A DNA stretch of 19,196 bases from Octopus sinensis (taxonomy: Eukaryota), in NCBI RefSeq assembly GCF_006345805.1, contig NW_021824403.1, positions 1 through 19,196 of the forward strand, in the 5' to 3' direction. The notes under the pieces are model-generated. The model worked only from the letters and a program-made list of their open reading frames with translations. It did not search any database and was not told the origin of the DNA. A program made the position numbers and the translations under genes. This document shows positions 1 through 9,921 of this stretch, piece after piece (the stretch's first letter is position 1; each line of letters opens with the position of its first letter).

Positions 1-930
1 ATATAAAAGAAATTTATATGGAAATAGTTCTGCGTATGAATGTATCCGGTTGGGGAGGTGTAAGTTTGTTAGGTGTTTTTTCTATAATGAAAAGAAGCAA
101 CTATTTCTGCCTAAGTTTAAAATAAATTAAATGGCAGCATCATTATATAATTTTCCAATAAACAGAGAATGCGTTTGAATTCATTGATGTGCCGCAGATA
201 TTTCAGATACCAAATATACATACAGTATGCTGTATCTTTTATGCTTTTGTCGCAAGGAATTAGAATGCCAGTAAAGTCGTGTTTTAAGTTATGTTTCTTA
301 TTTTACAGTTAGAGCTACATAGGTTTTTTTCCCCCAAGTTTTTTCAGTTACGATCGAGTGTTGTATGTGTGCAGCACGAAATAGTAGTATAGTTTCAAGC
401 ATTGCAGAAAAGAAAAGTGTTTTGGAAAGCCACAGCACTTCAGTTAGAAATAAAATGAGTAAAAAGGTAAGAACAGACGATTAAAAGTTTACCTTTAAAT
501 GGCTTTACCTTAATTACAACACGTTTCTCTTTCCCTTGTAACTATCAGAATGTTTTGGGCTGAAATATCAGGATAAATAAATGAGTTAAATTAGAAGATT
601 GATCTTAATAAACGCCAACGGTAATTTCGCTCGACGACGCAACAAGAAGTACTGGGTAGTAGTCAGTAATATATATTCACTCTGCTATACATCAAAGACA
701 TACATGCATACATATTGGTATATAGGTGTTCATGTGTGTAACGTGAATAGTGATGTGCACGCATATCAATGTATGTATGTTAATGCCTTCCATAACTACA
801 CTACGCACAAACAAATTAAGGTACGAGCGATGCATAGCAGCAGGAAAGTGATTAATAATATATATTATCTTTCCTAGATATACTGAGTACTCTGTGTGCT
901 GTTCGGTGTACAACAAGTGGACATAATGCT

Positions 931-1107
931 ATACATACATACAGACATTCATACATACATACATACATACATACATACATACATACATACATACATACAT
1001 ACATACATACATGCATACATGGATACATACATACATACATGCATACATACATACATACATATATACATACATACATACGTACATACATACATACATACAT
1101 ACATACA

Positions 1108-1136
<29 letters not shown>
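931..1136. repeat. (CATA)n tetranucleotide microsatellite
   Basis: Near-perfect ATAC/CATA run read directly; it generates the HTYI/MYVC pseudo-ORFs. Confidence 0.98.
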
Positions 1137-1138
<2 letters not shown>

Positions 1139-1322
1139 CGATATATAGATATAAGAGGGTATTGTGTTCGCTGGAAGCATTGTGTATATATGTGTTTGTG
1201 TGTATATATAAATATATATATAAATGTTTGTATATATATCTATATATATATTGTACCTACAATTCGAAAGTTACAAATATCTGCGCACATACATACAAAG
1301 ACACGTGCAGTCCTAGGCGTGA

Positions 1323-1700
1323 GGCGTGGCTGTTTGGTAAGAAGCTTGCTTCTTAATCGCATAGTTTCGTGTTCAGTCCCGCTGTGGAGCACCTTGGGCA
1401 AGTGTTTTCTAGTATAGCCTCGAGACGACCAAAACTTTGTGAATAGATTTGGTAGAAAGAAACTGAAAGAAGCCCATCATATGTATATGTATATGTGTGT
1501 GCGTATGTGTGTATGTTGACAATCCATGCTGGCTTCTTAAGGTCCCATAACTTAGCGCTTCGGCAAAAGAATTAGATAGAATAAATACCAGGCTTTAAAA
1601 AATAAGAATAAGGAGCAGGTTCGATTTACTCGACTAAAAATTATTGAAGTAGGTGCCCCAGCATGGCCGTAGTCTAATGACTGAAATACGTGAGAGAGAA
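1323..1700 (+). mobile_element. SINE family A, near full length, diverged
   Basis: Head GGCGTGGCTGTTTGGTAAG (A-box-like) and GTTCAGTCCC (B-box-like), then ACCTTGGGCAAGT (matches the CORE-SINE/MIR core motif), internal (TA/TG) tract, and tail GGTGCCCCAGCATGGCCGTAGTCTAATGACTGAAA. Colinear with the copies at 4643, 10828, 11581, 12347 and 12931. Confidence 0.9.
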
Positions 1701-1705
1701 AAGGA

Positions 1706-2063
1706 AAAAGTTACATACATACATGCACACACACACCACACATATTATATATATATATATTATATATATATATATATATATACATATATAATAACATGTA
1801 CATACATATATGTATGTATATGCGTCCGTGTATATAGTGCGCATGCGGGTGTGTCTGTGTCTGTGTGTATCTGCATGTCTTTCTCTACAAGCAACATGTA
1901 GGCACACACATGTACACAGACACTAAATCCATAAATATACATTAGGCATGTACACATGAAGATATACATATATATATATACATACGTATGTATATATATA
2001 TATATACATATATATACATATATATATACATATATATACATATATATATATATATATATCTAT

Positions 2064-2109
<46 letters not shown>

Positions 2110-2130
2110 ACACGCAAATATATCCATAGC
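1706..2130. repeat. compound (TA)n/(CA)n-rich low-complexity tracts
   Basis: TA-rich runs at about 1741-1820 and 1965-2112 with interruptions. Confidence 0.9.
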
Positions 2131-2225
2131 ATGTGTGCATATATTCATGTGTGCGTGGCGTACGCAATTTTGCGTATGTATATATGCACAACCATATAAA
2201 ATATAATGTAATAAAATAGAATAGA

Positions 2226-2234
<9 letters not shown>

Positions 2235-2274
<40 letters not shown>

Positions 2275-2323
2275 TGTGTGTGTGTGTGTGTGATTGTGCG
2301 TGTGTGTGTGTGTGTTTGTGTGT
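2235..2323. repeat. (TG)n microsatellite
   Basis: Direct reading. Confidence 0.98.
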
Positions 2324-2324
2324 A

Positions 2325-2490
2325 TACGAAGAACAAACTCAAAAGCAACAACGCAAGAAGGTGGTACATGTACAGTATTATCAGATGCTCAGGGAAGGGA
2401 AGTGAGGTGGTTTTACGTTTCGAGCAAAGCTCTTCTTCAGAAACAGGAGACGGAGGAAAGTCCAATAGAAAAGGCAGACAGTGGAAGATA
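2325..2490 (-). mobile_element. short hammerhead-bearing dispersed element (copy 1), possibly a non-autonomous Penelope-related repeat
   Basis: Homologous to 9671-9866: shared GTGG(T/A)ACA...AGTATTAT..GA(T/C)GCTCA.G and TTTCGAGC..AGCTCTTC.TC.GAAACA. Flanked by microsatellites on both sides. Confidence 0.7.
2410..2444 (-). ncRNA. minimal type I hammerhead ribozyme-like motif
   Basis: Minus strand reads GTTT-CTGAAGA-A-GAGC-TTT-GCTC-GAA-ACGT-A-AAAC. This gives a CUGANGA box, a 4-bp stem II, GAAA, a palindromic ACGU stem III, UH, and a 4-bp stem I (GTTT/AAAC). One extra A sits before stem II. Confidence 0.6.
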
Positions 2491-2636
2491 AATATATATA
2501 TTATAATCATATATATAATATAATTTATACACACACATATATATATATACATATATATAATATATTCACATATATACATACACACATATATACGTGCATA
2601 CACACATGTATATATATATATATATATAAAATATAT
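2491..2636. repeat. (TA)n/(CA)n-rich tract
   Basis: Direct reading. Confidence 0.9.
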
Positions 2637-3039
2637 GAATGATTTCTTTAAATTGTATACATCTCTTGTATACCAATCATCAGCCTAAATTTATTTTTAT
2701 ATACATCTCCAAAATACTATTCAAGAACAGCTATTATCTCCTTTTTTTTTCTGAATAGAACTCTCATCCTAAAAGCAGCCTTAATATATTTTGTTCTATA
2801 TTTAGTGAAATAGAGACATTTATTTTCTATAATTTCTCATTTATCTTCCTTATAGAAAGCCACATTAAAAGCTTTTCTCTTTAGCTTTATTTAATACGTA
2901 TTGTAATCTGTCGTCGGTACTCAAAGACAACTGTTATAATGGTTAAAGCAAAATTTCAAAACAGTAACATCACTTTTTTTTTATTAACGTAGCTTCTAGC
3001 AAACATCTTTGAATAGACGCGCAGCATAGGCACACAGGA

Positions 3040-3144
3040 GCATGCACGTATACACAGACACACACCTATATTATACATACACACAAATACGCATACATTA
3101 ATATATACACATATATGCAAACACACAGGCATATATATATATAT

Positions 3145-3193
<49 letters not shown>

Positions 3194-3842
3194 CATCATA
3201 TATATAATATATATTGATTATATATTATAATATAATATATATATATATATATATCCATCACATGAAGGCATATATGAATACATGCATACATGTATACATG
3301 GTTACATTCATAAATGTATACACACACATATACATACATGTATCCTTTCAGTTATATATTCCTACATATATGCGGACGTACTGACATATATACACATATA
3401 CATTTATACATGCATGCAAATACACATACATACGTATATACGCACATACACAGGTACGCACGCATACATACACAGGCAAACTCACAATCGTAATACTTAC
3501 ATACATACAAGCATTGAAGCATATACTCCTGCATACATACATACATACATACATACATACATACACTCATGCATACATGCATACATACATACATACTACA
3601 TACATACATACACACATGCATACATACATACATGCATACATACATACATACATACATTCATACATACATACATACATACATACATACATACATACATACA
3701 TACATACATACATACACACATGCATACATACATACATACATACATACACACATACATACATACATACATACACACACACATACATACATACATACATACA
3801 TACATACATACATACATACATACATACATACATGCATACATA
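3040..3842. repeat. compound microsatellite: degenerate (CA/TA) grading into (CATA)n
   Basis: TA-rich about 3130-3255, degenerate CATA about 3280-3530, near-pure CATA/CACA about 3531-3842. Confidence 0.95.
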
Positions 3843-4278
3843 CTTAAATGCTGGAAGCCATCTTGTATGGAGCCATACTACTAGAAATTTCTTTGATGTT
3901 ACCATAGAAACGCGCACGGAAGAGACAACCAGGGCAGTTACATTGTGTGTCCAGCTTCGTTTATGCTATCTTTCTAGGTCCCTTTCTAGGTCAACAAATA
4001 AATAGTGTTTTCCTTCCAAGGAGCTGCATAGTCCCTAGGGATAACGCCGAATTTCTCCACTGGCACAATTTGGGAAAGAAGCAACATATATACCAAACCT
4101 CTAACGCAGTGATTCCCTAACGTTGGGGAGGGAAGAAGATTGTGGTGAGGCGTGGAGCCGTAGTTGCCAGGCTCAAGGTTCTTATTAAAGTAATTCACAT
4201 TGCTATTCTTAATCAATAATGTGCTTTTTCCTGTGCTCGTTATCGATAAGAGTTATCGGTAGATTCTTTTGTATTAAA

Positions 4279-4640
4279 TCTATATATATAAAGCTGAAGT
4301 TGTTTGTGTGTGTGTTTGGCAGGTTTGGTAGCCTTCAACTAACGTTATCTCCTCCGAGACCATGCGGTGCAAGTTGACCAAAATTGAGAATATGTTAGAA
4401 GAAGGCTTGCTTTTCATTCTGTAGAAGAAAAAAAAATCAAATTGGACCATGTTAACACAAAAAATTACATCAAAAAGATGCTTTTTCTCTATGAAAATTC
4501 CTATTTTTTACGATTTTTTGACTGCTGTGTCGCCATTTTCGATGTATTTCAACCAGAAAAATGTTCACTTAAAGAGAATAGCAAGCTACATAATGCAAAA
4601 TTTTTACTTTTCAAAAATTCCAATTCTAAAGGGTCGAAAA
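4279..4640 (+). mobile_element. non-autonomous Helitron-like element, 3' end missing
   Basis: Begins A|TCTATATATATAAAGCTGAAGTTGTTTGTGTGTGTG, the 5'-TC plus short GT microsatellite start typical of non-autonomous Helitrons. No 3' hairpin/CTAG is seen; the sequence stops at the SINE A tail at 4643. Family assignment is by motif and recollection. Confidence 0.6.
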
Positions 4641-4642
4641 TA

Positions 4643-5042
4643 TACTCTTTTACTTGTTTCAGTCATTTGACTGTGGCCATGCTGAAGCACCGCCTTTTTA
4701 GTCGAGCAAATCGACCCCAGGACTTATTCTTTGAAAGCCTAGAACTTATTCTATCGATCTCTTTTGTCGAACTGCTAAGTTACGGGGACGTAAACACACT
4801 AGCATCGGTGGCCAAGGGATGCTAGGGAAACAAAGAGACACACAAACATATACACACACATACATATATACATATATAAACATATACACGACGGGCTTCT
4901 TTCAGTTTCCGTCTGCCAAATCCACTCACAAGGCTTTGGTCAGCCCAAGGCTATAGTAGAAGTCACTTGCCCAAGGTGCCACGCAGTGGGACTGAACCCG
5001 GAACCATCTAGTTCGTAAGCAAGCTACTTACCACACAGCCAC
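4643..5042 (-). mobile_element. SINE family A, full length
   Basis: Reverse complement runs from GTGGCTGTGTGGTAAGTAGCTTG through GGGTTCAGTCCCACTGCGTGGCACCTTGGGCAAGT to the tail GGCCACAGTCAAATGACTGAAACAAGTAAAAGAGTA. Confidence 0.93.
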
Positions 5043-5064
5043 TGTATATGATACTGTATAGATG

Positions 5065-5182
5065 TATATATATATTATATATAATATACACACAACATAT
5101 ATATATATATAGTATATATATAATATATATATTAATATATATACTATTATCGACTTATATATACATACATATATATATACAT

Positions 5183-5232
<50 letters not shown>

Positions 5233-5320
5233 GTATGATGTAGTATATATACCGTAAATATTATATATATGTATGTATATGTATATGTACGTATGTATTG
5301 ATTGAACATATATATATGGA
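5065..5320. repeat. (TA)n-rich tract
   Basis: Direct reading. Confidence 0.93.
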
Positions 5321-5514
5321 TATGATTCTAGGCTCACGAGCGCAATTGTGCGTGTATATGTGTTTGGTTGTTTGTGTGTATGCGTGCGTTGTGCTATTGA
5401 TATGGAACAAAAAAATGAAAATCCTTTCGTAAAAGGTCTTTGAAGAGAGACAAAACAATGTCAGCTCTAAAATATAGCGTACAATCAATGAATGTTAAAC
5501 ATATTTATAATATT

Positions 5515-5715
5515 ATTGTTGCTGTTGTTATTCAACACTGAACACACCTTAATCGGTTGGGTCTATGATCAAATGTAGCATAACCACGATCTCTAGGCTT
5601 TTCAAACATTTAGTTTTTAAGACTGGATTATCTAACGTATTATTTCTTTATCTCTGAGACGCCAGTAATCTAAAAAAGAATTTAGCTGCTATTTTTAGAA
5701 GCTCGAGCAGCCACG
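5515..5715 (-). mobile_element. degraded repeat family D copy
   Basis: Minus strand has CTTCTAAAAATAGCAGCTAAATTC (5678-5701), matching CTAGAA(A/G)TA(G/A)CAGCTAA at 16175 and 16879, and ends about 160 bp later in an (AAC)-like tail, as the 16865 copy does. Confidence 0.5.
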
Positions 5716-5899
5716 TAGAGACGTCCTCGTTTGTTCCCTCTCCCGTGTACAACACGGGTGTGATGTGCGGGTGTATTTCTGATGTGCTGTGCTGAAGAAG
5801 TATAAAGGTACGGCTTTGCACTGCAACGTAGACACACACTGATTTCCGTAATAAGAAACTGCAAAGTTGCTGTCTCGCATCACATTTGAAAAAAAGCTT

Positions 5900-5913
5900 T
5901 GACGTCATTTCCG
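5900..5913 (-). promoter_or_regulatory. candidate ETS-CRE composite site (CGGAAATGACGTCA)
   Basis: Perfect CRE palindrome TGACGTCA at 5900-5907 overlapped by an ETS-like CGGAAA on the minus strand, in a locally CpG-rich block. Motif only. Confidence 0.3.
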
Positions 5914-6739
5914 TTTTGGAGAAGCAATTCTTTCATCATATCGAATAACACTGGAAACAACAGACTCACACAAGGATGGTGAATAACTAAAAATAGAAGC
6001 TAAAACACATTAACAATGCAAACACATACACCATAGATTCCCTCCCCGTCTTTCTATTGTTCGTTAGTTTTCTACGTTTCTTTGTCTCTGTGTCTACCTC
6101 TCCACCAACATACATACATACATACACACATATATACATATACATATACTTATAATATACTTTGGTTATTTACAAGAACAAAAGAGTATTCTATATATAT
6201 ATATAGTGAAGCGAAATATTTACTGATGCAGCTGCTTTTAGTGATTATAAATCAGGATTGGAGGTTTCATATTCGGATTATCCGAAAGATTCAACACAAA
6301 AAGTATAACTAGTCGGCGTGGCTATCAGCCAAGTACAATGAAGACTCAGTGAGTGATTATCGAAACATCGAGTATTTTATGACAGAAATAACAATCTAAG
6401 CAAAGAGTATAGCTTATGTAATAATATTTTTACCGGTGATTAGTTTTCTGCATAATGGCAAAAGTCATAATGAACAACTGTTTGTAAGAGACCGCTTAAT
6501 GAATATGCTGTGATAAGAGAAACATCAATAGAGTGATAAAATATTAAAGAGTTGAAGCAAATGTTAAGATGATAATGGGTGTAGTACATCATGAAATATG
6601 TTAAAGTTAGTAAATAAATGACAATGGACATTAAATAAAAAGATGAAGAATAGTATAAATAATTCGGATAAATAGTTACATGACAATCCATTCATTCAAG
6701 TGGTTGTATAAACTTGCTCTGTCCCAGTAAACGATTATC

Positions 6740-7092
6740 AAATTTTGCTGAAAAATCTTCTTTGTATTTAACATTTAAAGCTTTCGCGAATTTTTTAAAG
6801 TTCTTGCGTACGATGTTCTTTTCAGATGTGATAATCCGCAGGTTTTTGTACTATTTCTATATGGTTTACATCTTCCAAGGAATTTTTTTTTCTTGATGCT
6901 GATGCGGAATGTAGAATTGTGTTCTTTTGAAGTCCAGTTCTTTTGAATAGTTTTATAATGCTCCTCCTTTCTATATTTTTGCAAGAAGTATAGTTGAAGT
7001 ACCTTTGGTTACATTTGGATCAAATACACCATCAACACACTGTTACTCAATAGTAAGAAACATGCTGTGACGTATTTTCTTTCACATCTCCC
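6740..7092 (-). pseudogene. degraded Penelope-like element GIY-YIG endonuclease region
   Basis: Frameshifted minus-strand pieces occur in order: GRCERKYVTAC...VYL, QRYFNYTS, QKYR...WTSKEHNSTFRISI...FLGRCKPYRNSTKTCGL, LNT...FSK. They resemble the C-terminal GIY-YIG region of Penelope-like retroelements as I recall it (YIG...KQRYYNH...LSKYIW.LK...W.IL...PY....K.C.LC...LN.R.EIFSKC). Confidence 0.55.
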
Positions 7093-8047
7093 TTATCTTT
7101 AAATGTTAGGCTTAACATAGCTGAATATTTCCAGCCTCAATAAATAGCATTTCTCCTCATCATTGATACAGAATATTATACAATAGAAATAACCTAAAAT
7201 TGAGTTACAGCTGCACCACGAATATTACAGAAAACTTAACAAATAACTCTTTTAAAATAACCGAGGCTAATCGTAAATGCAAAGAATTAAATCCATACTC
7301 CCTATTTAGACATGCAACGCATATGTTGTCTTTTACAAAACAGCGGGTGCCTCAACTAAATAAATATTAAGCATATAGAATTTGAAAATATGGTTGAAAA
7401 TGATTTTAAACTGAGTTACTTCGACTATAGTTCACTCTGATTGAAGCTATAATGGCTGTGATTTGTGGCAGGTACGAGAAAGTGGGGTAAGGTTATGTCA
7501 TGTGATTTTTTTAAAGTATAGTTATCAATAGAGGAACTATACTGCGTTCAAGTCACGAACGAGTTGACTGGCAGCACGTATTGTTTTAGTAATGTGATGT
7601 AAGTTAGACGGCAGTTCGTGAGACAAAAGGTTTAAAATAAAGTTAAAAAGCATGAAAGAAACGGAGACAAGATAGAAAAGGAGAAAGAATTGAGAAGAAA
7701 AAACAAAAACACGAGAGCGAAAGAGAAAAAAAAATTAATGAGAAAGAAGCTAGTTTATTTTTAATGAAGAGACAAATTGAAAGAAGGAAATAAGGGAAGG
7801 AAGAAGGATGACCGTCGAGAGATGGAAGAATAAAGGTATTTGGGAGGTAGTGGTGGTGGTGCTGGGGGGGGGCGATGGATCAATGATACATTCATTACAT
7901 CTGTATTCATTATGGAAATAGGTTTATTAAGAAATACACTCCTTTAACAAATATTATAAATAAAACCTACATATACATGCACACCCATACACATACGCGC
8001 ACACTCATGTGCGTGCACAAACGCATATAAACACACATACAAGTCCA

Positions 8048-8190
<143 letters not shown>

Positions 8191-8756
8191 TGCACACACA
8201 TATACATATTTACATATATATGCTCGTTTTTAGCTGTTATTCTATTTCTAGCAATTATAGGTTCTACTTTGCGCCCTCATTTATGTATTCTACATTTTTG
8301 GTTTTTAATTGCTATTTTATTACGCATTTAATATATCATAATATTAATTTATCGCTAGAATATCTTATACACAAGCAAAATGGTATAATTACAACCATAT
8401 ACAATTTATCCATTTTCTTCTCGAGGCTCCTCCTTTTTTATTTTATTTTTTAGCTCCATGTTTCAGATACGTTTTATTATTACCAAATATAATAAATATT
8501 TTTAGCTTATCAATGGCAATACCATACAAAATTGGGAGCAGAAACAGCTGTTAGATGGGATGCAGTCTATTTGTATCGAATTAATAAATAATACGTGATA
8601 TAAGTCAATTGCTCCTCATTATTTCTCCATTTTCTATTTTATATATATATATTTAATACTATCAAAGGGTAATCAGAAATATTTAAAAATTTCTATTACC
8701 TGTGGCATAGCGTGTAAGAAATTTAGTCAACAGACTATATATTATTCATATAAATA

Positions 8757-9078
8757 AAGACTCCGCCGGTTACGACGACGAGGGTCCCGCTGATACGATC
8801 AACGGAACAGCTTGCTCGTGAAATTAACGTGCAAATGGCTGAGCATTCCACAGACACGTGTACCCTTAACGTAGTTCTCGGGGATAATCAGCGTGACACA
8901 GAGAGTGACAAGGCTGACCCTTTGAAATACAAGTACAACTCATTTTTGCCAGCTGAGTGGACTGGAGCAACGTGAAATAAAGTGTCTTGCTCAAGAACAC
9001 AACGCGTCGCCGGGAATCGAACTCACAACCTTACGATCATGAGCCGAATGCCCTAACCACTAAGCCACGCGCCCTCAC
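8757..9078 (-). mobile_element. SINE family B, full length with 11-bp target-site duplication
   Basis: Minus-strand head GGGCGCG-TGGCTTAGTGG (A box)...GAGTTCGATTCCC (B box), then body TTGAGCAAGACACTTTATTTCACGTTGCTCCAGTCCACTCAGCTGG. Flanked by TCATATAAATA at 8746-8756 and 9079-9089. Confidence 0.9.
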
Positions 9079-9089
9079 TCATATAAATA

Positions 9090-9322
9090 CAGTGTACATT
9101 TAAATACATATGAGGCATCCATCATAGGATTCCTTGGACGCTAGAGAAGACACTTAAATTACAAACCACTATAAGGGATAAAATTTCGAAGGGATTAGAT
9201 TGGTAAATGTTTTTATTTTTCATTCCCTCGAATTTTAACCCTGATAGGGGTTTGGAATTTAAGTGTCTCTCTAGCGTGCAGGACTCCTATGATGGATGCC
9301 TCATTTGTTTAAATGTACACTG
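9090..9322. mobile_element. fold-back MITE, Tc1/mariner-type
   Basis: TA|CAGTGTAC...GTACACTG|TA termini. Arms about 9090-9194 and 9224-9322 are reverse complements, including exact 15-nt (CAGTGTACATTTAAA) and 20-nt (ATGAGGCATCCATCATAGGA) blocks. Confidence 0.9.
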
Positions 9323-9324
9323 TA

Positions 9325-9347
9325 TATCTATATATAATATATATAGA

Positions 9348-9422
<75 letters not shown>

Positions 9423-9512
9423 ATCGTATGTATGTATATCTATAATATATACATATATATAACATACACATACACCCACTATATATATATATATATATAT
9501 ACATATATACAT

Positions 9513-9558
<46 letters not shown>

Positions 9559-9604
9559 ATATATAATATATATAAGTATATAATATATATATAGATATAT
9601 ATAC

Positions 9605-9669
<65 letters not shown>
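9325..9669. repeat. (TA)n-rich tract
   Basis: Direct reading. Confidence 0.95.
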
Positions 9670-9670
<1 letters not shown>

Positions 9671-9672
<2 letters not shown>

Positions 9673-9863
9673 TTAATCCAAACAGAAAGCACAAAAAACA
9701 CACAACCGGGACGTGGAACAAATAAGTATTATTGGACGCTCAAGAAAGAAGGAAAGAAGGAGGGTTTAACATTTCGAGCGGAGCTCTTCGTCGGAAACAT
9801 AGGAGAAGGAAAGAATCCAGAGAAGGGAAGACAGAGGGAAAAAATAGCTAACGGTACACACGA

Positions 9864-9866
<3 letters not shown>
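9671..9866 (-). mobile_element. short hammerhead-bearing dispersed element (copy 2)
   Basis: Homologous to 2325-2490; sits exactly between two (TA)n tracts. Confidence 0.75.
9764..9798 (-). ncRNA. minimal type I hammerhead-like motif with variant core
   Basis: Minus strand reads GTTT-CCGACGA-A-GAGC-TCC-GCTC-GAA-ATGT-T-AAAC. Stems I and II are identical to the 2410 motif, but the core has C at U4 and ATGT instead of ACGT. Confidence 0.5.

Positions 9867-9920
<54 letters not shown>
9867..9920. repeat. (TA)n microsatellite
   Basis: Perfect TA run. Confidence 0.98.

Positions 9921-9921
<1 letters not shown>

Noticed and set aside
599-700. Non-repetitive start of ORF 599-877 (NANGNFARRRNKKYWV) as a possible exon
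   Set aside because: No recognisable family and no convincing splice-site pair; the remainder is low complexity.
2640-2686. Minus-strand CTGATGA...stem...GAAA resembling a hammerhead
   Set aside because: Six extra bases lie between the putative stem II and GAAA, and there is no stem I pairing; likely chance.
3970-3992. Tandem CTTTCTAGGTC duplication
   Set aside because: An ordinary short local duplication with no associated structure.
4107-4128. CAGTGATTCCCTAAC resembling a hAT/Charlie terminal inverted repeat
   Set aside because: I found no matching inverted end or 8-bp TSD.
4442-4825. 127-aa ORF
   Set aside because: It spans the Helitron-like element and an antisense SINE junction; a chance reading frame.
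6333-6375. Plus-strand CAATGAAGACTCAGTGAGTGATTATCGAAACATC as a decayed hammerhead
   Set aside because: The CUGANGA box is broken and stem II does not pair; too degenerate to call.
9000-9078. tRNA-Met-like sequence (loop CTCATGA, good A and B boxes) on the minus strand
   Set aside because: Acceptor and T stems do not pair, and it is the head of SINE B.
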